A DNA stretch of 64,000 nt from Malacoraja senta (taxonomy: Eukaryota). Both the position numbers and the translations under genes were made by a program. This document shows positions 33,921 through 46,861 of the stretch, piece after piece. How positions within the stretch are numbered: the stretch's first letter is position 1; each line of letters begins with the position of its first letter. A model generated the notes under the pieces. That model made no database searches. It had not been told where the DNA came from and saw only the letters and a list, made by a program, of their open reading frames with translations. The stretch is taken from assembly GCA_038087875.1 (NCBI GenBank), contig CM075989.1, positions 21,268,001 through 21,332,000 of the forward strand. The letters are read 5' to 3'.

Positions 33921-34604
33921 GTTATCTATCCTTCTGATTCTGTATCCAGAAGGCAATAAAAGGAAATAGTCTGAATATTCTTGTACATAAATCTGACTTA
34001 GTCAATGCTTTCTCCCACTGGATGCAAACTTCGGTCTGGAAAGACTTGGATGCCTCAAGAGTGCGTAATGATTGTCACAAAATGCTGGAGTGACTCAGCG
34101 GGACAGTCAGCATCTCTGGAGAGAAAGAATGGGTGATGTTTCAACTCGAGGCCCTTCTTCAGACTCCAATGACAGTCACTTGTCTTCTGTGTTCTGAGTG
34201 GAATCTGTGAGCTACTTCAGAACCCTATGGCCAGCTGAAATGGAAATGGAAGCAGCAGTCTGAAGAAGGGTCCTGACCAACAAATGTCATCGGTCGCTTT
34301 CCCTCTGCAGATGGTGCCCTGGCCTGCTGAGTTCCTCCAGCAGTTTGTGTTGTGCTGAAGGTTCCAGCATCTGCAGTGTCTTCTAATTCCATGGACACGT
34401 CAGCTATCGCTCTGGGGACGTTTCTTGGCAGTTTCTTCTCTAATCACCAGCACTCCTTAAAAGGAGCAATCTGTTGTCAGTCTTAACAATTGCTCTGCAA
34501 TAGAGTAAACCCTCGTTATTATGGACCCCTTTATAATGGATTTTGGTTATAATGGACAGACCTTCTGCCCTTTACCACCAGGTCAGGCTGCTGATGCCAT
34601 CCCA

Positions 34605-35257
34605 GGACAGTAGGACTCTACTCCTTGGAGCGCAGGAGGACGAGGGGTGATCTTATAGAGGTTTAAAAAATCAAAAGGATAGATCAGGTAGACGCACCAA
34701 ACCTCTTGCCCAGAGTAGGGGAATCAGGAACCAGAAGACATGAGTTTAAGGTGAGGGGGGAAATATTTAATAAGAACCCGAGGGGTATATTTCTTACACA
34801 CAGGTGTTGGGTGTCTGGAACGAGCTGCCAGAGGAGAGGTACTCAGGTACTATTGCAACGTTTAAGAAAAATTTAGGCAGGTACATGGATAGGAAAAGTT
34901 CAGAGGGCTATGGGCCAGGTGGGACTAGTGTAGACGGGACATGTTGGTCAGTGTGGGCAAGTTGGGCCGAAGGGCCTGTTTCCACGCTGTAAGACTATGG
35001 GTCAATAAACTAAGCCTCTCACCCTGACATAGAAACATAGAAACATAGAAAATAGGTGCAGGAGTAGGCCATTTGGCCCTTCGAGCCTGCACCACCATTC
35101 AATATGATCATGGCTGATCATCCAACTCAGTATCCTGTGCCTGCCTTCTCTCCATACCCCCTGATCCCTTTAGCCACAAGGGACACATCTAACTCCCTCT
35201 TAAATATAGCCAATGAACTGGCCTCAACTACCTTCTGTAGGCCTCAACTACTTTCTG
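34605..35257. mobile_element. Two tail-to-tail CR1-clade fragments (34605-35000 +, 35028-35257 -)
   Basis: ORF2-end and 3'UTR motifs; (CATAGAAA)n. Confidence 0.85.
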
Positions 35258-35547
35258 ACTAACTATTTGTCCGGACAGTGATGCTTTGCAAGCAGTTAAT
35301 AAAATAGGCTATCAAAGCACATTACAGAGGAGGGCCCAAGCCAACCTGACATAATTTGAGGTTGTGTTGGATGATAGGCCGGGTTACCTATTCCTGCTCG
35401 GTAAGATTCTATATAATCACAGTCTTTCATAATAAAATATCAAGTTTCTTTTTATAAAATCCACCATTGATTTTCTCAACTAAATTATAAGAAAGGATCA
35501 TTTTAACAATTGATTAAAAAAAAATTAGGATAAAATAAATATTTTAG

Positions 35548-35865
35548 AGGCAGCGCGATGGCGCAGCAGTAGAGTTGCTGCTTTACGCCGCTTGAGACCC
35601 AGGTTCGATCCTGACCACGGGTGCCGTCTGTCCGGAGTTTGTATGTTATCCCCGTGACCTGCGTGGGTTTTCTCCGAGTGCTCCAGTTTCCTCCCACATA
35701 CCAAAGAGGTACAGATTTGTAGGTTAAATGGCTTGGGTAAAAAATGGTGAGTTGTCCCTAGATATAGCGTGTAGTATAGTGTTGGTGTACGGGAATCACT
35801 GGCTGGCGCGGACTCGGTGGGCTGAAGGGCCTGTTTCCGTGCTGTATCTTTAAACTAAACTAAAA
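35548..35865 (+). mobile_element. V-SINE
   Basis: A/B boxes, V-domain, tail. Confidence 0.88.
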
Positions 35866-35879
35866 AAACGAAACTAGCA

Positions 35880-36012
35880 TGTTGTTTAAGAAGGAACTGC
35901 AGATGCTGGAAAATGGAAGGTAGACAAAAGTGCTGGAGAAACTCAGCGGGTGCAGCAGCATCCATGGAGCGAAGGTAATAGGCAACGTTTTTCGGGCCGA
36001 AACCCTTCTTCA
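35880..36012 (-). mobile_element. PLE terminal unit (second subfamily) with 10-bp TSD
   Basis: TSD GAAACTAGCA (35870-35879, 36013-36022); GGCAACGTTT..CGGGCCGAAACCCTTCTTCAG. Confidence 0.8.
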
Positions 36013-36394
36013 GAAACTAGCACAATGCAGAAGAATGTTGATAAAATATGTTGTTTTGGTTTGTGTAGAGCATTTTGTCACGTTAGAGTATATGCCGTGA
36101 TCCTGGTAGAATTCTGGTGAATAAGTTCATAAGTAATAGGAGCAGAATTAGGCCATTCGGCCCATCAAGTCTACTCTGCCATTCAGTCAAGGCTGATCCA
36201 CAATATCTCTCCCTCCTAACCCCATTCTCCTGCCTTCTCTCCGTAACCCCTGATACCAGTTGTTGAAAGCCTCCAGACGTCGGATGATCTTTCCCCTCCG
36301 ATGCTGAGTACTTCGCGACGCTGTCCTCCCACCTTATCTCCCTGCACGTTCAAGGCTTCTGCAGGTCGACCATAAACGCAGCACGCTGCTTCCT

Positions 36395-37480
36395 GAATGC
36401 AAAAGCTCATTAAAGCCCTTCTCTTTCCAATTAAAAAGTTCAGAATGTTAATTAACAAAGGCAGATATAATACAGTAAAGTTTGCTTATCAATTGGCTGG
36501 TGTTTACTTTCTGTGTCACTTTCACAGAACAAGTGAACACACACCTTTCATGTTTACACCAGAAGGGGAATTTTGTCTATTTTTCCCTGTTTTCTCTCGT
36601 TTATGAGTGTTTTACATCCAACGGCTGGCGCTGATAGAAAGAGTGACCTTTAAGCTTGTTGATTAATAGCATGATCTGTTTTCCCTTTTTCACTGTTTAA
36701 AATTACCATCCATTATAAATGTGGGATGACTATGTGGCATTAGCCCTTTTAGCAGTCACAGGATTATAAAATATACACTTGCACAGTAAGCAATTTTAAC
36801 AATCTGCACAGTCATTCGTCTTTTTAATGAGTCTTGTTTACAGCTCTCTGCGATCTACATCGTCACTCTTCCTATTTACATCTTAGCCCCTTTAATTAAT
36901 GGGGAACTGTAAGAATAGGAATTTTTAAAAATAAATTCTGATTAATATGGAGAGCGGGAGGTTGGAGGAGGTGGTGGTGGTGGGGGGGGGGGGGGAGAGT
37001 TATTATAACCTGTAACGTTTCCTTGTGAAAGCTTTGTTCCTTTGTTCTTTATTAGATGCAGTAAATTAGCTACACTGAATTACTGTGACAAAAGACTCCT
37101 TCATATTATGGCTTACCACCTACTGTAAGGGCAAGACCTCAAAGTTAGGTCTCTATTAGGAAAAATCAGGACAAATAAATCTCAGTGTTGTGTCTAAGAG
37201 GAACTGCACTTCTTGCCACCAGATATTAAGGAGGTTGGTCACCACTTATTTTTTACACTAATATACTTTTCAGCCATTAAAATGCGCATCATTTTTAAAA
37301 GCAGGTGGGATAAGGTGTTGTTAACTTTCCTGCGTGAGTAGGAAGGCTCCTCGTTGAAAATGGGAAGTGCAATTAATTGCTGATAAATTAGCATCGCACC
37401 CAATCTCTTTTGCAGCAAATCCATCATTTTCATTAAAATTGTAATTTCAGACCAACTTTAAAAAATTGCAACTTTAAATC
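36395..37480. promoter_or_regulatory. Candidate conserved non-coding element cluster
   Basis: TE-free; TGTTTAC (forkhead core) at 36501, 36551 and 36835; TTAATTAA and CAATTAATTG homeobox-type palindromes. Confidence 0.45.
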
Positions 37481-37564
37481 AGAGCGGTTCGTAGAATGGC
37501 GAGCCTGGCGTGCACAATGAGATGTGAGGCATTCCAAACTAATTAAGGATCAAATCTCGCAGAA

Positions 37565-37752
37565 AAGGCACAGAATGCTGGAGTAACTCTTGGGGCTAGG
37601 CAGCGTCTCTGGAGAACGTGGATAGGTGACGTTTCTGTACAGGATCCTGACCCGAAACGTCACCTATCCATGTTCTCCAGAGATGCTGCCTGGCCCATTG
37701 AGTTACTCCAGCATTTTATGTCTTTCTTTGGTAACCAGCATCTGCAGTTCAT
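37565..37752. mobile_element. PLE fold-back
   Basis: Opposed units meeting in the hammerhead region (~37645). Confidence 0.8.
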
Positions 37753-37941
37753 TGTTGATGAAGAATAACATTTCCTTTGGTCGTGATCAGCCATATTGAA
37801 GCAAAATATTAGTTAAGTATTTCACAATACAAGCCACACATGTGGGTAGCCTCCACATCCTTCCAGTAATGAGGATGACCAGAACTGCACACAATACTCC
37901 AAATGTGGCCTAACCAAACTATAAAGCTGCAACATGACATG

Positions 37942-38260
37942 GTTCAGTTTAGAGATACAGCACGGAAACAGGCTCTCCCTCCCAGGCCCACCGAGTCTGT
38001 ACCAACCAGCGATCCCCGCACATGAACACTATCCTACACACACGAGGGACAATTTTACATTTATACCAAGTGTGGGTTTTCTCCGGGATCTTCAGTTTCC
38101 TCCCACACTATAAAGACATACAGGTTTGTGGGTTAATTGGATTGTAAGTTGTCCCTGGCTTGTTGGCTAGTGTTAGTGTGCGGGATATCGCTGGTCGGCG
38201 CGGACTCGGTGGGCCTAAGGACCTGTTTCTCGTCGTATCTCTAAATTAAACTAAACTAAA
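37942..38260. mobile_element. Inverted pair of V-SINE 3' halves
   Basis: 37942-38070 (-) abuts 38071-38260 (+). Confidence 0.82.
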
Positions 38261-39216
38261 AAACTGTTCAAATGCGAGGTGGTAAAATATAAAAAAACAC
38301 ATTTGGTTTTAAAAGCAAAATAATAAAAATGCCGAGCAACTGATGGGAATATGAATGCCTGTGGTGTGTTACAGGTAATGTGAGCTGGTCCAGCAATGGA
38401 ATCATTATTAGAGTAGTCGGCACCTTTGTATTGCAGCATGGTAAATCAAGCTTGCTCCATATCACCATGCACTGGCTCTGTGTCAACCACTTGGGTGAAG
38501 ATTCAGCTGTTGCTGCTTCAGAGGGTTTAGGAGCCATTTATGTTTAGGCTAACTACTCTTGGCATATTATACTATTTTGTCTAGATATATCTTGCAGTAT
38601 TTGGACACTTGGGGGTGGTCATTAGATGCACAGAGTGGTGTATAGATATGGGCATAGTGGACAGGGAGTGGCAGACTAGACACGGAAGAAGAGCATACAG
38701 TTCTCACCAGACCAGGGACAGAACATCCACTCTATCCAGCTCGACAACTTGCATGCAGAATAAGAAAAACCTGGGTACGTCCATCTCTTTATTTGTACAA
38801 CTACTTCAATAGACAACTAATTAAACTGGATATAACGACTGGAAGATCTGTGCCATTAGGTCTGCGTAAGGTCACTCCAACTGACCCGTGTAGTAATGGC
38901 AACTGGATAAGAGGACACTGGAAAGATCGGAAATTTGCCAAGGACTTACAAAGAGTTTGTGCTCAAACAATTCTACCCATTTGGATAAGATCAGATAAAA
39001 GTACTTAACATCCGTTGCACTCTGAGTGGGAGTTAACAATTTCTGGTGAAGATGCACAAGAGAAAGTTGGAAAGGAAAGATAAAGTGAATTCAATGTGAA
39101 TTGGATCCTTTGACTCATTTTAAGTGACATTGCCATTTCTGGTGCAATTGGCTGTAATGGAACCAAAAACACTGGACATTATATCCTCTTATATTACTAG
39201 GATCAAATATTATTAT

Positions 39217-40103
39217 GGCCTGGAGAGAGTGGATGTGGAGAGGATGGTTCCACTATTGGGAGAGTCTAGGACCAGAGGTCACAGCCTCAGAATTAAAGGA
39301 CGTTCCTTTAGGAAGGAGATGAGGAGGAATTTCTTTAGTCAGAGGGTGGTGAATCTGTGGAATTCATTACCGCAGAAGACAATGGGATCTCCAGAGAGTG
39401 CAGCTGGTACATTAATAACAGAATGAAATGAAACGTTGAATAAATATTTTGCATCAGACCTTCACAGTGTAAAACACTGCTAGCAGCCAAATGGATAATT
39501 TCAAATAAACATGGGAGAGAAGGTGCATGAATCCCAATTATGGGGGATGATGTATTTTGGAAAGCCAGGGGGCTGGCTAATGGCAAGCACGTCACCAGGA
39601 CCCAATGGACTGCATGATCGGGCTTTAATGGAAGTGGCTGCAGAGAGAGTACGGAGGGTTAAGAACATGGAGAGATTTGAAAAGAAAGGTTAAAGGTTTG
39701 AGGAACAAAAAAGTTGACACGATAGACTACACATGCTGGAATCTTGGCCAAAACACCCTTGCAAATTTGTGAACATGGACAGGATGTTTCCACCAGTGAG
39801 GACGTCTTGGACCAGAGGACATAGCCTCAGAACAAATGGACGTACCTCCAGAAAGGAGATGTGGAGGAGTTTCTTTAGTCAGAGGGTGGTGAATCTGTGG
39901 AATTCACTGCCACAGACGGCGGTGGAGGCCAAGTCAGTGGATATTTTTAAGGCAGAGATTCATGATTCTTACTGGTGTCAGAGGTTATGGGGAGAAGGCA
40001 GGTGAATGGGGTTAGGATTAAGTTGTAGATCAACACGATTGAATGGCGGGGTAGACTTGATGGGCCGAATGGCCTAACTCTACTCCTATCACTTATGATC
40101 TTA
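39217..40103 (+). mobile_element. CR1-clade fragments (39217-39385, 39770-40103, older remnants between)
   Basis: GLERVDVERMVPLLGESRTRGHSLRIKGRSFRKEMRRNFFSQRVVNLWNSLP and a second similar copy. Confidence 0.85.
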
Positions 40104-40794
40104 AATATTGGACAATCAATATTGGACGATGGAGACTCAAGAAGGGTCTCGACCCGAAACGTCACCCATTCCTTCTCGCCAGAGTTGCTGCCAGTCCCGC
40201 TGAGTTACTCCAGCATTTTGTGTCTCTCTCCGATGAATCTGTTGTCCAATTGTTACCTCATTTAATTTTAGCCTCATTTAATGCCAGTTTATTTTATTTG
40301 TGTTTGGTTGCCAACATGTGGACTTTTCCCAACTGGCACCAAAGAGGTCAGAAAATGGAGTTGGCACAAAGCCAGATGGAGTTCCAAAGGAGCAGAAGTC
40401 CAGAGCATTTTCTGCAGCCAAGTGATACAACAGATGGCTGGGAGCAAAGGAACCCAGAACAGATACATTTATTTGGTTGAAGGCACAAAGTGCTGGGGTA
40501 ATTCAATGGGTCAGGCAGCATCTCTGGAGAGCATGCATAGGTGGCAATTTGGGTGAGGACTCTTGTGTCACCCATGACTTTGAGTCCTGAAAAGCGCTAT
40601 ATAAATAAAATTTATTATTATTATTATTATTATCCATGTTCTCCAGAGATGCTGCCTGGCGCGTTGAGTTACTCCTGCACTTTGCGTCTTCTTTTGTAAA
40701 CAGCATCTGCAGTTCCTTGTTTCTAACTTTATTTGGTTTATAGGAGTGAGAAATCTCAACAAGACTATGTTTTCATTAGTTTAGGTTTGTTTAG

Positions 40795-41140
40795 TTTTAG
40801 TTTACTTTTATTGTCATGAGGTACAGTGAAAAGCGCGCTTTCCAGTCAGCGGAAAGACAATACAGGATTACAATCGAGCCATTTACAGTGTAGAGATACA
40901 TGATGAGGGAATATGTTTTAGTGCAAGGTAAAGCCAGCAAAGTCAGTTGAAGGATAGTCCAAGGGTCACCAATGAGGTAGATAGTAGTTCAGGACCGCTC
41001 TCTGGTTGTGGTAGGATGGTTCAGTTGCCTGTTAACAGCTGGGAGGAAACTGTCCCTGAATCTGGAGGTGTGCGTCTTCCCTCTTCTGTACCTTTTGCTT
41101 GATGGGAGAGGGGGGGAAGAGGGAGTGGTGGGGAGGTGGG
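40795..41140 (-). mobile_element. Rex1/Babar-type LINE 3' fragment
   Basis: LPSSKRYRRGKTHTSRFRDSFLPAVNRQLNHP, then 3'UTR with GACAATAAA. Confidence 0.8.
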
Positions 41141-41290
41141 CAGGGTTGGGGGGTGGTTTGGCTTTAAAAGTCTTGCTACAGCCATTCACATTTCTGTAAC
41201 ATTTCAATGTAGTAAAAGCTTCCCCAGATACATTTGTCAGAGGGTTCCTAAGCCTTTAGCATTAACATTGAGGCAGATATGGAGTTCTAA

Positions 41291-41435
41291 AGGGCCTGTC
41301 CCACTTACGCGTTGTTTTTCGGCGACTTGCCAGCCCCTGTCATAGTCGCTGCTGGTCGCCAAAATGTTTTTACATTTTGAAAATCTAGTGGCGACCAGAA
41401 AAAGGTACAACTCTTTGGGTGACTACTCACGGCCA
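41291..41435. mobile_element. Truncated MITE (one TIR only)
   Basis: TAA-AGGGCCTGTCCCACT; interior resembles 3703-3937. Confidence 0.7.
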
Positions 41436-41849
41436 GAATATGCAGTCACAGAGAGAACGTGCAAACTCCACACGGAGAGCATAGGAGGTCAGCTGGAGTT
41501 GTGTAGCAGCAGCACCATATATTTCATTGGCCAGCGGTCTAATGTCTGAAAAGCAAAATGTAGGCAACCTTAAATGAAAGGCAATAAAATGATGAGTGAT
41601 ACTTTACAGCAAGATATGGATTACCTCAGCTGAGAGAAGGAAATGGCATTAATAACTGCATGGAGAACACTAAAAATCAATAAAATTAGCTGAGCCAGAG
41701 GAACTGAGAGGAAACCATTCAAAGCTAACACAAATTTAGTATCTTTACTTAGCTCATCTCCTTCAATGAATGCTTCCCCACATTAGCAGCTGCAGTGAAA
41801 TATAGTGAATAAAGCTCGTGAGGGAAAGTTATGATTTGCTGGATCTTTG

Positions 41850-42277
41850 GAGATACGCGGTGGAAACAGGCCATTCGGCCCACTGAGTCCATGCTGACCA
41901 GCGGTCACCCCGCACTATCCTATACACGAGGGGCAATTTACAATTTACACAAGCCAATTAACCTACAAACCTTGTGTTAAAGAAGGAACTGCAGATGCTG
42001 GAAAATCGAAGGTACACAAAAGTGCTGGAGAAACTCAGCGGGTGCAGCAGCATCTATGGAGCAAAGGAAATAGGCAACGTTTCGGGCCGAAACCCTTCAT
42101 AACCTACAAACCTGTCCGTCTTTGGAGTGTGGGAGGAAACCGAAGATCTCGGAGAAAACCCACGCCAGGTCACGGGGAGAACGTACGAACTCCGTACAGA
42201 CAAGCGCCCGTAGTCAGGATCAAACCTGGGTCTCTGGCGCTGTGAGGCAGCAACTCTACCGCTGCACCACCGTGCCA
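41850..42277 (-). mobile_element. V-SINE split by a PLE insertion (41973-42099)
   Basis: 14-bp TSD TAACCTACAAACCT (41959-41972, 42100-42113). Confidence 0.88.
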
Positions 42278-42912
42278 GCCTATTAATTAATGGTTATTAA
42301 TTATTCATAGATAATAATTCATGCAACAATATTAACAACTTACCATAATAAAGCTTTTGAGATATCTGCCTGTGTTCCGTTCAATGCAATTGCCTGGAAG
42401 TAAGATTGGAACCCAAGCTTAGTGAATCCTGTTAAAACAGCATGAAAACATTGACAATTTTACAGGCTAATCAATGATTTGATTTAAGCATACAATTATA
42501 TGATTTCAAAGAGAGTAATTTATACCTGTTCACATGTTAATAGATGCAAGTTGTTTATTAATCCAAGTTTTTCTTATTTACGGCTTTTTATGCGTCCCAA
42601 TGGGTAACTTAATTAAGATGTTAAACATGGCACTGTGATTGCAGAATGGTCATGAATAACACTTATTTTGAATGTTTGCCAGAACTAAATATTATTTAAG
42701 GACGGAATTGTAGTTATGAATTGGTGCTTTCTGCCTTTCTCATTGTTTGGTTTGCAAACGGTGAAGGAAACAAAGAGATGTGGGTGACACAATGTGTTAT
42801 GTGGGTCCCCTTCCACTTCTGAAAGCTGGTGGCAAAACAATTAGCAAAAAAGATATAATTCTGGGTATCTTAGAATTCACCCCCTGTTGTAGGTGCAATC
42901 TACAACGTAGGC

Positions 42913-43597
42913 ATGCAGGTGCAGCAGGCAGTGAAGAAAGCGAATGGTATGTTAGCTTTCATAGCAAAAGGATTTGAGTATAGGAGCAGGGAGGTTCTAC
43001 TGCAGTTGTACAGGGTCTTGGTGAGACCACACCTGGAGTATTGTGTACAGTTTTTGTCTCCAAATCTGAGGAAGGACATTATTGCCATAGAGGGAGTGCA
43101 GAGAAGGTTCACCAGACTGATTCCTGGGATGTCAGGATTGTCTTATGAAGAAAGACTGGATAGACTTGGTTTATACTCTCTAGAATTTAGGAGATTGAGA
43201 GGGGATCTTATAGAAACTTACAAAATTCTTAAGGGGTTGGACAGGCTAGATGCAGGAAGATTGCTCCCGATGTTGGGGAAGTCCAGGACAAGGGGTCACA
43301 GCTTAAGGATAAGGGGGAAATCCTTTAAAACCGAGATGAGAAGAACTTTTTTCACACAGAGAGTGGTGAATCTCTGGAACTCTCCGCCACAGAGGGTAGT
43401 CGAGGCCAGTTCATTGGCTATATTTAAGAGGGAGTTAGATGTGGCCATTGTGGCTAAAGGGATCACAGGGTATGGAGAGAAGGCAGGTACGGGATACTGA
43501 GTTGGATGATCAGCCATGATCATATTGAATGGCGGTGCAGGCTCGAAGGGCCGAATGGCCTACTCCTGCACCTAATTTCTATGTATCTATGTTTCTA
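42913..43597 (+). mobile_element. CR1-clade LINE 3' fragment; uninterrupted 195-aa ORF2 C-terminus (42913-43500)
   Basis: KKANGMLAFI...LYRVLVRPHLEYCVQF.SP...LYSLEFRRLRGDLIETYKIL...RVVNLWNS; 3'UTR and tail. Confidence 0.95.
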
Positions 43598-43677
43598 TAT
43601 AACGGCAGTGGTAAATTGCTTCCAAAATCCAATTCCATTGACTTCAGTGGATAGGCAATTTTGAAATAGAATACTAT

Positions 43678-43818
43678 AGATCGACACAAAATGTTGGAGT
43701 AACTCAGCGGGTCAGACAGCATCTCTGGAGAAAAGGAATAGGTGACGTTTCAGGTCGAGACCCTTCTTAAGAAGTCTGAAGTTGAGTTTAAACCAGCATC
43801 TGCAGTTCCTTCCTACAC
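43678..43818. mobile_element. PLE fold-back with 12-bp TSD ATAGAATACTAT
   Basis: Direct repeat on both flanks; opposed PLE units. Confidence 0.8.
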
Positions 43819-43961
43819 ATAGAATACTATTTGTGAATTCAGTGCAACTGGAAACGAATTTCTCACCAATGGTATTTTTTAAGACCGTAAAACCAACCCA
43901 TTGTCTGCCTTATAATATTATTACATAAATTTAAATAGTAAAATAGAAAGAGATATTAAAT

Positions 43962-44152
43962 ATAGACAACAAGTGCTGGAGTAACTCGGCGGGTCAGGCA
44001 GGATCTCTGGAGAAAAAGGATGGGTGACGTTTCAGGTCGGGACCCTTCTTCAGACTTCAGTGATGACGTCCAGAGATGCTGCCTGACCCGCTGAGTTTAC
44101 TCCAGTGCTTTGAATCTATCGCTGGTATAAACCAGCATCTGCAGTTCCTTGT
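43962..44152. mobile_element. PLE fold-back; hammerhead motif at 44026-44053 (-)
   Basis: CTGAAGA-A-GGGTC-CC-GACCT-GAAA-CG-TC on the minus strand. Confidence 0.78.
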
Positions 44153-44157
44153 TCCTT

Positions 44158-44668
44158 GTGTGGGTCTCTGATGATGCTGGCTGCCTTTTTGAGGGGGCGA
44201 CTCCGGTAAATCCCTTCGATGGTGGGGAGGTCAGAGCCGTTGATGGACTGGGCAGTGGTCACAACTTTTTGCAGTCTTCTTCGCTCCTGGGCGTTCAAGT
44301 TGCCAAACCCGGCCGTGATGTGACCAGTCAATATGTTCTCTGCTGCACACTTGAAGGAGTTCAAGAGAATCCCCTCTGACATATCAAATCTCCGTAATCT
44401 TCTCAGGAAGTAGAGGCGTTGATGCGATTTCTTTATAATTGCATCAGTGGGCTGGGTCCGGAAAAGATCTTCGGAAATATGAGCGCCCAGGAATTTGGAG
44501 TGTTTGAATCTCTCCGCCATCGTCCCTTTGATATAAACATGATTGTGGGTCCTCAACCTTCCTTTTCCAAAGTCCACCATCAGTTCATTGGTCTTACTGA
44601 CATTGAGAGCCAGGTTGTTGTGCTGGCACCATTTGGTCAATCGGTCGATCTCACTTCTATACTCTGAC
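44158..44668 (-). mobile_element. Rex1/Babar-clade LINE reverse transcriptase C-terminal fragment
   Basis: YRSEIDRLTKWCQHNNLALNVSKTNELMVDF...KFLGAHISEDL...QRLYFLRRLRRF...LQKVVTTAQSI...ASIIRDPH. Confidence 0.9.
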
Positions 44669-44871
44669 AATATTCTTATATAAAGGAGGGGGCATAAACA
44701 AAATGTTAGATTAAAATCTGCAGAGATCACAGGGCATCCGATGAATAGAATGTGTTATGAAGTGATCGGTAGAATATTGGGTGAGTTCATTTGCAGCTTC
44801 CAGGGGGAATGGAATGCCGATTCAAAACCGCAGTTCCTTGTGTCTACATAACCCGAGACATCAACTACCCA

Positions 44872-45035
44872 TGTGTAGGAAGGAACTGCAGATGCTGGTT
44901 TAAACCGAAGATAGACACAATAAGCAGGAGTAACTCAGAGGGACGGGCAGCATCTAGTCTGAAGAAAGTTCTCGATCCAAAACGTCACCCATTCCTTCTC
45001 TCCAGAGATGCTGCCTGTCCCGCTGAGTTACTCCA
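44872..45035. mobile_element. PLE fold-back
   Basis: Opposed units. Confidence 0.78.
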
Positions 45036-45619
45036 TATCATCAATATCCATGCCCTCCACAGTTGCTGCCTGAACCACTTCAGTACTTTGTGTTTTGCTC
45101 GAGACTCCAGCATTTGCAGATCCTTGCGTCTTTGGAAGTCGATAGAAATTTGCAAAGACATATCAATAGATCAAGCAAGTTAAGAGTCAAGAGTAATTAA
45201 TTGTCTTATGTACCGGCAACAGAACAACGAAACCCTTGCTTGCCACAACATTACTACCCCATTAGGGCACCAACACACATTAAGTATACAATAATCAATA
45301 AAACAATCAATTAATACTCAGTAATACTAGGTAACCAGCAATAAACATGGGTATGTTTATTGCTGAGGATTGTGCTAGCGATGGATTTGAAGGGTTCAGA
45401 TCAATTCTGGTACAGAGGAAGCTATTAAACATTTCAATTAACATTGGAGAATGGAAAGGAAGTTCTACCATAGGAAAACACCACTGTTTTGTTGGAACTT
45501 GAATCTACAGTCAGAAATGTTAACTCTCAACAGAGGCTGTGTGACCCGCTGTGTACTTCCAGCAAGATAGACACAAAATGCTGGAGTAACTCAGCGGATC
45601 AGGCAACATCTCTGGCGAT

Positions 45620-45915
45620 CTCGAGGACCAGAGGACATAGGTTTAAGATGAGGGGGGAAATATTTAATCGGAATCTGAGGGATGACTTTTTCACACAAAG
45701 GGTGGTGAGGTGTACGGAACAAGCTGCCAGAGGAGGTAGTTGAGGCTGGGACTATCCCAACGTTTAAGAAACAGTTATACAGGCGCATGGATAGGACGGG
45801 TTTGGAGGGATGTGGGCCAAACCCGGGCAGGTGGGACTAGTCTAGCTGGGAAATGTTGGCCGGAGTGGACAAGTTGGGCCAAAGTGCCTGTTTCCACACT
45901 GTATCACTCTATGAC
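45620..45915 (+). mobile_element. CR1-clade 3' fragment
   Basis: SRTRGHRFKMRGEIFNRNLRDDFFTQRVV; tail CCTGTTTCCACACTGTATCACTCTATGAC. Confidence 0.85.
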
Positions 45916-45931
45916 ACTAAAATAAATAGGT

Positions 45932-45959
45932 GACGTTTCGGGTCGAGACCCTTCATCAG
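45932..45959 (-). ncRNA. Minimal hammerhead ribozyme motif
   Basis: Minus strand CTGATGA-A-GGGTC-TC-GACCC-GAAA-CG-TC. Confidence 0.7.
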
Positions 45960-46107
45960 ATTTCCACCAGTTCTTTTTTGATTTTATGTCTTGCAAATAA
46001 TCCCTGGTCTGCAGTATGGAATGCAGCGTTGATGGAGGGCAACGCAGCGATGTCAACAGATATAGGTTTGGAGGCAGAGCTTAACATACCTATAGCAATA
46101 CACCAGA

Positions 46108-46275
46108 GGCGGCTCAGTGGCACAGATGGTAGAGCTGCTGCCTCACAGCGCCAGAGACCCGGGTTCAATCCCGATCTCGGATGCTGCCTGTGTGGAGTTT
46201 GCATGTTCTTCCCGTGACCACTTGGGTTTCCCCCGGGTGTTCCGGTTTCCTCTCACACCCTAAAGACCTGCTGGT
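46108..46275 (+). mobile_element. V-SINE 5' half
   Basis: B box GGTTCAATCC and V-domain. Confidence 0.82.
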
Positions 46276-46861
46276 TTTTATGTGCATTCTTAACCACTCC
46301 TCATTTCTGTTTGTTGGCGTTTTTGTTGGTTTTCTTCTTTCCGCCTTGCTTTTCTCGGCCCACTTCTAACCGTGATTGATTACAGATTTCTGGCTCCGAC
46401 TCAACACATCTACGAAGTGATAAGATCTGAAAGCAAAAGCACATTCATACCGTTCGATGCCAAGCAATTTAAAGTTGGCATCCGTCTTTCAGATCAGCGA
46501 TCTCTCTTTGTGGTGTTTCTGGATGTTGCAACAACACAACAAAAACACTCCCAAAAACAAGCTCTTACTAAATGAAAGGAGGTTTATAACTCCTTAAAAA
46601 GGGAATCAAACGGTCTTGTTTTGCTGGCTGCTCTAATTAAAATATTTTTATCAGATGAATTTTGTACATAACTTCAAAGGGAATGGAAAGGTGGGTTTAA
46701 TTTCAAAGGTCCCGCACAAAATTTGGCAGAATTATTTCTTTGCATTAATATTGCACTTGGAAGTGATGTCCTTTAGTTAGAGCACAGCTGGAGGACTTCA
46801 AACTGCTGCCAAACCAGTTCTTAAGTGATCTCATTGGTACCCAATCCTACCAGGTCTTATT

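Noticed and set aside
36260..36395. CpG-rich patch as another ribozyme-headed insert
   Set aside because: I could not find a TSD, tail or HDV/hammerhead pairing pattern.
42913..43500. 195-aa ORF as a host gene
   Set aside because: It is the C-terminus of CR1 ORF2, 5'-truncated and lacking the RT catalytic core.
44116..44730. 204-aa ORF as a host gene
   Set aside because: Rex1/Babar-type RT fragment fused by chance to flanking and PLE sequence.
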